From: Acaryochloridaceae cyanobacterium VAR_48_metabat_390 | GTDB lineage: Bacteria > Cyanobacteriota > Cyanobacteriia > Thermosynechococcales > Thermosynechococcaceae | Reading direction: 5' to 3' | Assembly (NCBI GenBank): GCA_031422435.1 | Contig: JANPLU010000112.1 | Span: 1 to 64,000 of the forward strand | Length of the DNA stretch: 64,000 bases | Shown: positions 1-8,158 of the stretch, piece by piece | Layout of the letters: each line of letters starts with the position of its first letter | Position numbering within the stretch: position 1 is the stretch's first letter | The notes under the pieces: generated by a model | Databases searched by the model: none | Seen by the model: the letters and a program-made list of their open reading frames with translations, nothing else | What the model was told of the DNA's origin: nothing | Program-made: the position numbers and the translations under genes

Positions 1-92
1 TGATCCCAGTCTGGATGCGACTCTAGATAGCTTTGAAGAGTTTCATGCAGCGCTTCAGGAATTTCAGCCAAAATACTGACGGTTGCGATCAT
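1..92 (-). CDS. DUF2811 family small protein (runs off window start)
   Basis: Minus strand from ATG at 92 reads MIATVSILAEIPEALHETLQSYLESHPDWD..., matching the cyanobacterial DUF2811 pattern (EIPExLH...YLExHPDWDQ). Not in the ORF track. Confidence 0.8.
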   Translation of the reverse strand, partial: MIATVSILAEIPEALHETLQSYLESHPDWD

Positions 93-375
93 GAGTGTTT
101 GTATCGTGAGTGAAGGGTACGGGTAAATCCCAAGATTTGAATAAAACGTTACGGCGATGTAAAACGAGTGCCGACCAAAAAATAAGCTCATCTGCTCTGC
201 CACGAGAGTAGATAAACTTTGGGTCAGTCACCAGCGGCCTACGACGATCCTTGGTCGAACTATTCTGCGCTATTGGGGGGTGGGGTTGTCAATGGGGTGG
301 GAACCCCCGACGACACTTCAGTGCGCCAGCTCCAATGCACGATAAAGCAGTGCTTTAGAACCCATTTAACCGTTT

Positions 376-531
376 CTTTCCACAATGGGCTGTGGAAAAA
401 GCAACGCGGCAAAGTTATCCACAGAATCTGGTTCTAAGCCTTAACCTGCCGTAAACCTCTGTGGATAACTCCCTAAAATCTGTGGAAAACTTTTAAAAGG
501 CTGTGGAAAACCTGTGGAAAACTCTGGAAAA
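376..531. other. DnaA-box cluster, candidate replication origin oriC
   Basis: CTTTCCACA 376-384, TGTGGAAAA 391-399, TTATCCACA 415-423, TGTGGATAA 460-468, TGTGGAAAA 481-489, 502-510, 513-521, TCTGGAAAA 523-531. Confidence 0.75.
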
Positions 532-764
532 CTTTGCTTGATTAGATTTACTGGGGGTTAGCGGTCAAGGTCATAAATTCTTGATATGGTTCGGCACCTC
601 AAAATCCTAATTTGAACCGAAAGGGCTTAATTTAGCAGCGTTATAGCCTTTATCTCAATTGAAAATAGATTTGTTTCTTTAGCGTCTTGCGTTTGAATTT
701 CAGAAGAACAAGCTACGCTGTAGTCAGAATTTAGGGTTCAGTCTCCCAAAGGTGAGTCGAGTAT

Positions 765-2195
765 ATGACGCTTCAAGACTTTGGCTTAATTGGTTTGGCT
801 GTAATGGGCGAAAATTTAGCCCTCAATATCGAACGCAATGGCTTTTCAGTAGCGGTTTATAACCGCACGGCCTCTAGAACCGATGAATTTATGACTGAGC
901 GAGCAAAAGATCGCCAGATCAAGGCAACGTATACCCCTGAAGAGTTTGTGGCCTCTTTAAGCAAACCTCGCCGCATTTTGGTGATGGTCAAGGCGGGCGC
1001 TCCAGTGGATGCGGTGATTCAGCAGCTCAAGCCGATGCTTGAGTCAGGCGATATTTTGATTGATGGTGGCAACTCCCTGTTTGACGATACGGTTCGCAGA
1101 ACTAAAGAGTTAGAAAGCGAAGGGCTACGGTTTATTGGCATGGGCGTCAGCGGTGGCGAAGAAGGGGCACTCAACGGCCCCAGCCTAATGCCAGGGGGTA
1201 CAGCGGAAGCCTACACAGCCCTAGAGCCAATCTTGGTCAAAATGGCAGCCCAGGTCGATGATGGCCCTTGTGTGACCTACATTGGCCCAGGCGGTGCCGG
1301 ACACTACGTCAAAATGGTGCATAACGGCATTGAGTATGGCGACATGCAGCTTATTGCCGAAGCTTATGACTTGCTCAAGAATGTGGCTGGACTAGATCAT
1401 CTTCAGCTCCATCAAGTCTTTTCAGACTGGAACAAGACCGATGAGCTGAACTCATTTTTGATTGAAATCACGGCTCAGATCTTCAGCTATGTCGATCCCG
1501 ATACCCAGAAGGCTTTAGTCGAACTCGTCTTAGACGAAGCAGGTCAAAAAGGTACAGGACGATGGACGGTCATGAGCGCCCTAGAGCTGGGTGTTCCCAT
1601 CCCGACCATTATTGCCGCAGTGAATGCGCGAATTGCGTCTTCTCATCGGTCAGAGCGCTTGGTTGCCGCTAAGCAGCTTCAAGGCCCTACCACTGCTTTT
1701 ACGGGTGATGTCGCAGCCTTTACCGATATGGTGCGTGATGCGCTCTACTGCTCCAAGATTTGTTCCTATGCGCAAGGTATGGCGCTGCTGAGTGCGGCCT
1801 CTAAGGACATGTCTTTTAACCTCAACCTGAGCGAAATCTCGCGCATCTGGAAGGGAGGCTGCATTATTCGCGCCGCGTTCTTAGACAAAATCAAAAAAGC
1901 GTTTGCAGATGAGCCAGAACTCTCCAATCTTTTGCTTGCTCCTGAGTTTAAGCAGTCTATTCTAGACCGCCAAACGGCCTGGAGAGAGGTCATCTCAACG
2001 GCAGCAACGATGGGTATTCCCGTGCCTGCCTTTAGCGCATCGCTCGATTACTTTGATACTTTCCGCCGCGATCGCCTCCCTCAAAACCTAACCCAGGCAC
2101 AGCGCGATCTCTTTGGTTCTCATACCTATCAGCGCATTGACCGCGAAGGTACCTTCCACACCGAATGGCAGGAAGTCAAAGAAGCAACGGCGTAA
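765..2195 (+). CDS. gnd: NADP-dependent 6-phosphogluconate dehydrogenase
   Basis: GLIGLAVMGENLALN, KMVHNGIEYGDMQ, QAQRDLFGSHTY motifs. Confidence 0.98.
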   Translation: MTLQDFGLIGLAVMGENLALNIERNGFSVAVYNRTASRTDEFMTERAKDRQIKATYTPEEFVASLSKPRRILVMVKAGAPVDAVIQQLKPMLESGDILIDGGNSLFDDTVRRTKELESEGLRFIGMGVSGGEEGALNGPSLMPGGTAEAYTALEPILVKMAAQVDDGPCVTYIGPGGAGHYVKMVHNGIEYGDMQLIAEAYDLLKNVAGLDHLQLHQVFSDWNKTDELNSFLIEITAQIFSYVDPDTQKALVELVLDEAGQKGTGRWTVMSALELGVPIPTIIAAVNARIASSHRSERLVAAKQLQGPTTAFTGDVAAFTDMVRDALYCSKICSYAQGMALLSAASKDMSFNLNLSEISRIWKGGCIIRAAFLDKIKKAFADEPELSNLLLAPEFKQSILDRQTAWREVISTAATMGIPVPAFSASLDYFDTFRRDRLPQNLTQAQRDLFGSHTYQRIDREGTFHTEWQEVKEATA

Positions 2196-2223
2196 ATCTC
2201 GCGCAGATTCGGATAAATGGATC

Positions 2224-2286
2224 GTAGGGGCAGGTTTAGCTAAAACCGTATGAACGCTGTTCAAACCGTTTCGGCAAAACCTGCCC
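2224..2286. repeat. GTAG-initiated REP-like hairpin between convergent genes, possible terminator
   Basis: GTAGGGGCAGGTTT...AAACCTGCCC, 10-bp inverted arms at 2228-2237 and 2277-2286. Confidence 0.55.
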
Positions 2287-2308
2287 TTCCATATTTCTAC
2301 CAAAATTT

Positions 2309-3241
2309 CTAACGCACCAAAAAGCGGCGAACCGCCAAAAAGCTGCCGCTCAAGCCCACAAAGCTGCCAAAACCAACCAGTAAAAGAGGCAGCAAAGCAC
2401 CTTGAAACATGGTGAGCTGTAGATTCTGCGCCAAAGACTGAAGGAATGCAGGTTGGGTAATCAGAAGCTGAGCCATGAAGTGATGGGCGATCGCCATAAA
2501 CCCAATCGCCAGCCCACCCCCCAGCACTCCAAAGGTTAACCCCTGAAGTAAAAACGGTAGGTAGATCCAGGCCGTAGTTGCCCCCACAAGCTGCATTACC
2601 TCAATCTCTTGATGGCGGGTGACAACAATAAGGCGAATAGTGGTGTTAATGACTGCTAGCGCAGTTAGGGTGAGTAGCCCAATCACGCCCCATCCCATCC
2701 AGCCCAATCCCTGATTGAGCTGGACTAAATTTTGCATCACCTCATTGAGATAAGACACATGCTCAATTTCTGGAAAACCAGACAGCATCTGCGCCAGCTT
2801 GGGCACCTGTTCGCCACTGCGGGCGCGAATTTTAAGCTGATCAACTAAAGGGTTTTGACCCAGAGCCTCAGTCGCGCCCTGGAGGTCGGTGGCACCCAAG
2901 TCCGCCACGAGCTGTCTCCAAGCGTCCGCACGGGGCAAAAGCTCTACGGAGGCGATGGTTTGGAGTTGACCAAGCTGCTTTTGTAATGTCTCACCAGAAA
3001 GATTAGGGCGCAGGTATGCCGAAATTTCGAGTTGAGAACCCATATTCTGGAGCAGGCCATTCACTTGCCAACTGGTTTGAAGGCTGATCCCAAACAAAAA
3101 TAGCAGTACCGTAACGGTGCTAATGGCCGCCCAGTTCATCCAGCCGCCGCGCTGTAGACCTCGTAGGGTTTCTTGAGCCAGATACTGGATCTGGGTGAAG
3201 GTCACTTTGAGGGCAGGTAAAGGTAGGGCAGAACGTCTCAT
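2309..3241 (-). CDS. ftsX: Cell division permease FtsX
   Basis: N-terminal TM, NTTIRLIVVTRHQEIEVMQLVGAT motif, overlaps ftsE stop. Confidence 0.93.
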   Translation of the reverse strand: MRRSALPLPALKVTFTQIQYLAQETLRGLQRGGWMNWAAISTVTVLLFLFGISLQTSWQVNGLLQNMGSQLEISAYLRPNLSGETLQKQLGQLQTIASVELLPRADAWRQLVADLGATDLQGATEALGQNPLVDQLKIRARSGEQVPKLAQMLSGFPEIEHVSYLNEVMQNLVQLNQGLGWMGWGVIGLLTLTALAVINTTIRLIVVTRHQEIEVMQLVGATTAWIYLPFLLQGLTFGVLGGGLAIGFMAIAHHFMAQLLITQPAFLQSLAQNLQLTMFQGALLPLLLVGFGSFVGLSGSFLAVRRFLVR

Positions 3242-4041
3242 GAGGCTTCAGATCCAGGGGTGTTAATCATTTTAAGCTGACCGTTTTGCAATCTTGCCAC
3301 AGGAGCCTGACCCATCCGAATCAGGTGCAGGTCATGGGTGGTCACAACCACCGTAATGCCAAGGCTATTGAGCTTTTTAAGAATGCTCAAAACCTGAAGC
3401 GAATTGTCTTGGTCAAGGTTGCCTGTTGGCTCATCAGCCAGCAGCAGCCGAGGCGACCCGACGATCGCCCTGGCAATGCTGGCACGCTGCTGTTCACCGC
3501 CAGAGAGCTGAGTGGGGAAGCAGTCAGCTTTGTTTTGCAGACCGACTAGCTTAAGGGTTGGGTTGAGGCGGCGCAAGATTTCATCCTTGGGGACACCCTG
3601 CGATCGCAGCACAAAGGCCACGTTTTCTGCCACCGTCCAGCGGGCAATCAGCTTATAGTCTTGAAACACAACGCCCAGGCGACGGCGCAAGAGCGATAGG
3701 CGATGACCGCTCAGGTTTGCCACATTTTGCCCCCCTACGCGCACCTCACCACGGTCAGGGCGCTCTGCACCGTACACCAGCTTCATAAGGGTCGATTTGC
3801 CCGCGCCAGAAGGTCCAGTAATAAACAAAAAATCGCCCTGTTTGACCACAAAGTTGAGGTTACGAAGGCTAAAGCCTGTATCTCGATAGCTCTTGGTTAC
3901 ATCCCGTAAATGAATGGCATAGGAAGTTGCAGTGGCAGTAGCATCTGTCGCCGCTGCACTAGCCGTCGTTTCTGCCCCTTCAGACCGAGAACGCTCAACC
4001 TGTGCTGAGATGGATTGAGGTAACACCAGAGGATTCATCAT
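3238..4041 (-). CDS. ftsE: Cell division ATP-binding protein FtsE
   Basis: GPSGAGKST, VVFQDYKL, LSGGEQQR, LLADEPTGNLD. Confidence 0.93.
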   Translation of the reverse strand: MMNPLVLPQSISAQVERSRSEGAETTASAAATDATATATSYAIHLRDVTKSYRDTGFSLRNLNFVVKQGDFLFITGPSGAGKSTLMKLVYGAERPDRGEVRVGGQNVANLSGHRLSLLRRRLGVVFQDYKLIARWTVAENVAFVLRSQGVPKDEILRRLNPTLKLVGLQNKADCFPTQLSGGEQQRASIARAIVGSPRLLLADEPTGNLDQDNSLQVLSILKKLNSLGITVVVTTHDLHLIRMGQAPVARLQNGQLKMINTPGSEAS

Positions 4042-4087
4042 TGCGATCGCCTAAAGTTGCCAAACCTAAAACTTCAAATCTAAAATT

Positions 4088-4858
4088 TCAAAACCTAAAC
4101 CTTGCCAAAATGGCTCGCCACGCAAACTGGGGCAAAGCCAACATCCGCCGCCAGCGCCACGGTTCCTGGTACAGTCGATAGACCCATTCCAGATTGTTGT
4201 CACCGAGCCAGCCAGGTGCCCGCTGTTTGCGCTCTGCCCAAATGTCAAAGCTGCCGCCAACGCCAATCCACACCGCTTCTGGCACCAGATGGCGATGCTT
4301 CGCAATCCAGTATTCCTGACGCGGCACGCCAAGACCCACACAAATAATTTGGGGCTGAAGCGTCTGAAGTCGCTCTAAAAACAGCGGGGTTTCGGCGTCG
4401 CTTAAGAAGCCGTTTTGGGTGCCAATGACGTTGAGGTTAGGGTAGCGATCGCACAGCTTCTCCCCAGCTTCCGCCGCAACCCCAGGAGATCCGCCATAGA
4501 AAAAGACCGACCACGGCTGAGGCTGCTGGGCAGAAGTTTTTAACAGCTTTTCCGTTAGCTCAATGCCAGGGCAACGCCGCACATGCTGACCGTGAAGCTT
4601 CAGATAAAGCACGATCCCCGCTCCGTCAGGAATCACCAAATTAGCCTGACGGATAATATTGGCAAGGGCTAAATCTTGCTCTGCCTGCATCGTCATTTCA
4701 GCATTGAGCGTCACCACATGGGTTCCCTGACGCTGCAATAAACGATCTGACAGCCAAACGATGTAGTCCGGCAGCAGATGTACCGGAAACCCCAGAACCA
4801 AAAAGGGATTGGGATCACGGGATGTTTGAGCGTTGGAATTTGTCTTCACAGATCTCAT
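4088..4858 (-). CDS. WecB/TagA/CpsF family glycosyltransferase
   Basis: HVVTLNAE, IPDGAG, VGLGVPRQE, GVGGSFD, EWVYRLYQEPWRWRR. Confidence 0.93.
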   Translation of the reverse strand: MRSVKTNSNAQTSRDPNPFLVLGFPVHLLPDYIVWLSDRLLQRQGTHVVTLNAEMTMQAEQDLALANIIRQANLVIPDGAGIVLYLKLHGQHVRRCPGIELTEKLLKTSAQQPQPWSVFFYGGSPGVAAEAGEKLCDRYPNLNVIGTQNGFLSDAETPLFLERLQTLQPQIICVGLGVPRQEYWIAKHRHLVPEAVWIGVGGSFDIWAERKQRAPGWLGDNNLEWVYRLYQEPWRWRRMLALPQFAWRAILARFRF

Positions 4859-5037
4859 ACAGCGGCAAAATTATGTCAATGCCAGTGTAAACGTATAGTA
4901 CCCAGCACTAGCATTCCTCTTGCTATTTTGCCCTAAATCTCCTTATTGCCTCCGTGAGTCAGTCAATTGAGGTGCCTACAAGAATACATCTCTACTATGC
5001 ATCCATTTGATCTCAGCATCTCATTCGGCATCACCCT

Positions 5038-5697
5038 CTAACCTCCACCAACCGAACCATCCGTCAATATGGTGCCTTTCAAAAGCGCACCCTGAAGCGA
5101 TGCGCCCTCAAGATTGGCATTTATTAAAGAAGCCCGACACAAGTTGGCCTTGCGTAAATTAGCGCCCAATAAGTTAACGCCATCTAAGCAAGCCTCAATC
5201 AAGTTGCTACCTTCAAAATTAGCGTTTTGGAGATTTGCAAGATCAAATCGAGTTCGCATTAGGTTCGCCTGCAAAAAGTCGGCCTTACTGCCGTCAATGG
5301 CCTGTAAGCTCGCGTTCTCTAAATTTGCACGGCGCACGATCGCCTGACTGAGATTTGCGCCATTAAAATTTGCGCTGCAGAGTATGGTTTTGTAGAGGTC
5401 GGCACCTTGCAGTTCGGTCTGCTGTAGCGATGCTTCCTGCAAATTGGCCTCAATGAGATCTGCAAGACGAAGATTGGCACGATCTAGGCAGGCATTGCGA
5501 AGATTAGCATTTCTAAGATCGCTTCCTTCTAGGTTGGTGTCTGCCAAATTTGCACGGCTAAAGTTAACAAACTGGAGGCTAATGCCACTGAGATTAGCGC
5601 CAGACAAATCTGGCCTCACCGCTAAGTTTTGGATTCGCCAATCATTCCATTCCTCAACACCCTTCTGGAGAAGGGCAATCTGCTCAAAATTTGCCAT
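5038..5697 (-). CDS. Pentapeptide repeat protein
   Basis: GVEEWNDWR...PDLSGANL N-terminus followed by tandem A(N/D)Lxx pentapeptides. Confidence 0.93.
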   Translation of the reverse strand: MANFEQIALLQKGVEEWNDWRIQNLAVRPDLSGANLSGISLQFVNFSRANLADTNLEGSDLRNANLRNACLDRANLRLADLIEANLQEASLQQTELQGADLYKTILCSANFNGANLSQAIVRRANLENASLQAIDGSKADFLQANLMRTRFDLANLQNANFEGSNLIEACLDGVNLLGANLRKANLCRASLINANLEGASLQGALLKGTILTDGSVGGG

Positions 5698-5804
5698 TGC
5701 CGTCTGTATAGAGGTGTGGGAATCTGGGTCTAATTGTTTCCTTAAGACTAATGTTCCCTAAATACAGGGGCTAGCCTTCTTTTAATTCAAAGCTGAGTTA
5801 TTGC

Positions 5805-6506
5805 TTATGCGCTCAGCTCCGCTAGCTTCGTGCGAACCGCCTGAATATCTTTCCACATTAGCCACTTAGGGCTATTTGGTTCTCGAGACGGATTTCTCAG
5901 CAGGTAGGCGGGGTGAAAAATGGGCATACAAAGGTAGCCCTCCCATTCGAGCCACTGACCGCGAATTTTAGTGATCCCCCGCTTATCACCCGTGAGTCCT
6001 TTTACCGCAGTTGCGCCCGTGAGGAGAATGATTTTGGGGTTAACAATGCGAATTTGCTCGAGCAGATAAGGCTTACAGGCTTCTGTTTCTTGGGGTGTGG
6101 GCGTGCGGTTGTCGGGGGGACGGCATTTCACGACGTTGCAGATATAGACGTCACGCTCAGAATTAAACTGAACCGATTCTAAAATTTTTTCAAGGAGTTG
6201 ACCGGAGCGCCCCACAAACGGAAGCCCTTGCTCATCTTCGTTTTGACCTGGACCTTCGCCGATGATCATAATCGAGGCCGTGGGGCTGCCCCTGCCAATC
6301 ACGGCATGGGTTCGGGATTGGCCTAGCTCACAGCGCTGACAGGTGGTGCAGTGAGGCACCATTTCTGCAATAGACCCATAGGTTCCTGACGGAATGGGGA
6401 CTTGGGCGCTGGTGGGAATTAGCGCTGCATCAAAACCTGCTGGGGGTGCAGCAGCTTCGGTCGGCTGCATCAAGTTAAATAAATTTGTTTGCTCTTCTGG
6501 AATCAT
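5805..6506 (-). CDS. Uracil-DNA glycosylase family 4 (Fe-S)
   Basis: CxxCxL, GEGPG, PFVGRSG, NVVKCRPP, FHPAYLLR. Confidence 0.93.
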   Translation of the reverse strand: MIPEEQTNLFNLMQPTEAAAPPAGFDAALIPTSAQVPIPSGTYGSIAEMVPHCTTCQRCELGQSRTHAVIGRGSPTASIMIIGEGPGQNEDEQGLPFVGRSGQLLEKILESVQFNSERDVYICNVVKCRPPDNRTPTPQETEACKPYLLEQIRIVNPKIILLTGATAVKGLTGDKRGITKIRGQWLEWEGYLCMPIFHPAYLLRNPSREPNSPKWLMWKDIQAVRTKLAELSA

Positions 6507-6561
6507 GGAGATCTTCTAAACGTTCCATCCAAGGGTGGGCTGATGCGTCATGTCAACTCAG

Positions 6562-7452
6562 TTAGCTTGCAGCCGTCTCGTAGACAGATTCTGAATGCGT
6601 CGCTATCGCGGTTTGCAGTCTGGGCAGCAGCGCCTCTACATAGTGAGGCCAGCCAATCACAATCGACTGATGATGAGCTAGGGTTTCTGGGTTAAGTGCA
6701 TCTAAAGAAAACTTCAGTGGATTCCCTTCTAGATCACAGCAGACCAACCCCGCACTTTTTGCCAACGCAAGGGGACCAACGGTATCCCATAGCTTAACGC
6801 GACCATTGAGGTAGAGGTAAAGCCCCGCCCTTCCCTGAATCACCTCCAGTACCTTAAGGCCAAAGCTGCCTAGGGTGTAAAACTGCGCTTCGGGGATTGC
6901 GGTTTGGATTGCGGTGCCGTACTGCCGCTGATCGCGATCGCCCAGCAGCATCGGGCAATGGCTCGCAGTAGGGCCAGGCGTCATAGATGGCACCAACGGC
7001 TGTGCGGGTTCAGTGCCGTGTGCCGTGAACAAGCCCCAGTCGTTACCTCCATAAAAAAGTTGACCCGATTCTGGGCGCAAAATCCATCCGGCGATCGGTT
7101 GTTCATTTTGCAATAGCCCAACCATAATCGAGTAGTCAGGGCGGCGATTAATAAAATCTTCGGTGCCGTCTAACGGGTCAATCAGCCACAGCCGCGAGAA
7201 CCCTTTACTCATATTTTGAATGGATGCGGCATTTTCTTCAGTGATAACACCATCTTGCGGGAACCAAGCCTGGAACTGTTCGGCTAATTGACGATCTAGG
7301 GTGCGGTCGATCGCCGTTACAAAATCTTCAGGACCTTTCTCCTCTACCGCAAAGGACTGACGCGCCATATCTTTTGCCCACGCGCCTGCCTCAGTCAAAG
7401 CAGTCTGGATTTTGAGCAGCGGTAGAGAAGAAGCCAATGACATGGAGTTCAC
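6562..7452 (-). CDS. Inositol monophosphatase / CysQ family phosphatase
   Basis: ITEE, WLIDPLDGTEDF, WDTVGP motifs. Confidence 0.88.
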   Translation of the reverse strand: MNSMSLASSLPLLKIQTALTEAGAWAKDMARQSFAVEEKGPEDFVTAIDRTLDRQLAEQFQAWFPQDGVITEENAASIQNMSKGFSRLWLIDPLDGTEDFINRRPDYSIMVGLLQNEQPIAGWILRPESGQLFYGGNDWGLFTAHGTEPAQPLVPSMTPGPTASHCPMLLGDRDQRQYGTAIQTAIPEAQFYTLGSFGLKVLEVIQGRAGLYLYLNGRVKLWDTVGPLALAKSAGLVCCDLEGNPLKFSLDALNPETLAHHQSIVIGWPHYVEALLPRLQTAIATHSESVYETAAS

Positions 7453-7466
7453 GCTAGACGTAGGTA

Positions 7467-7567
7467 GAGAAGGGCTAATTCCGACTCCCCTCGCCCGTTT
7501 TGGGAGAGGGGCTGGGCGTTGCCCTGAGCTTGTCGAAGGGGAAGAGGGTCATATTCGTGCAAGAGTT
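7467..7567 (+). repeat. Partial copy of MITE-like dispersed repeat with nested ~24-nt insertion (7517-7540)
   Basis: Matches the right half of the 9788-9917 copy (GAGAAGGGCTAATT...GAGGGTCATATTCGTGCAAGAG) plus extra CGTTGCCCTGAGCTTGTCGAAGGG. Confidence 0.75.
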
Positions 7568-7588
7568 TTGTGGTTACTAGCTGCATTA

Positions 7589-8155
7589 TCACTTGAGATC
7601 TAGCAATCCGCTGTCTTTGAGCTTGGGGTTAAACCGAAGGGCTTCTTTCACCCCTCGCTCAGCCAAAATCCTCAGAATATCCTGCTCAATTCGCCGTGCG
7701 GCCTGCTTGAGGATGCGCTGATGCTGCTGATCATCTAGCTGTGGGTCGGTGTACTGGGTCAATTCTTCTGGCAGCATTTTGCTTTTGACATCAATGGGCT
7801 GCTCCCAAAATTCAGCAGCGTCTCCATTTCCGACAGGGACTACTCCATTTTCGTCAATCCAGGCGGCCTTGATGGTTTCGAGCAGTGTGCGGTTAGGGCG
7901 ATCTACTGTGGCTACCTTGACCCCAAAGCAATAATGCGGCTGCCGGACAATGTGCTGCTTGAGGCTCAAAGATACATCCCGTGAATAGCCGATATAGGCT
8001 AAATTTTTCTCGTGGTCGTAAATGGCATACACGCCAATTTTCCCCTCAAACTGAGCAGGAAGTTGACCTTCAGCATCAATGTAGGGAAGATCCGTCAGTT
8101 CGGTTAAAGCGGGGCAATCGGACGGAGCCTGCATAGCCTCAGGTTGATTCAACAT
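7589..8155 (-). CDS. GIY-YIG nuclease family protein (conserved cyanobacterial type)
   Basis: GVYAIYD...YIGYSRD, C-terminal RFNPKLKDSGLLDLK. Confidence 0.85.
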   Translation of the reverse strand: MLNQPEAMQAPSDCPALTELTDLPYIDAEGQLPAQFEGKIGVYAIYDHEKNLAYIGYSRDVSLSLKQHIVRQPHYCFGVKVATVDRPNRTLLETIKAAWIDENGVVPVGNGDAAEFWEQPIDVKSKMLPEELTQYTDPQLDDQQHQRILKQAARRIEQDILRILAERGVKEALRFNPKLKDSGLLDLK

Positions 8156-8158
8156 CCC

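Noticed and set aside
2..79. Plus-strand open frame ending ...QEFQPKY*
   Set aside because: Antisense shadow of the recognisable DUF2811 gene on the minus strand.
219..437. 72-aa ORF from the track
   Set aside because: TTG start, no recognisable family, runs through the DnaA-box cluster; probably non-coding.
481..531. Tandem TGTGGAAAA repeats as a CRISPR array or microsatellite
   Set aside because: Units are 9 bp with no spacers of CRISPR length; they are DnaA boxes. No CRISPR array was seen in the window.
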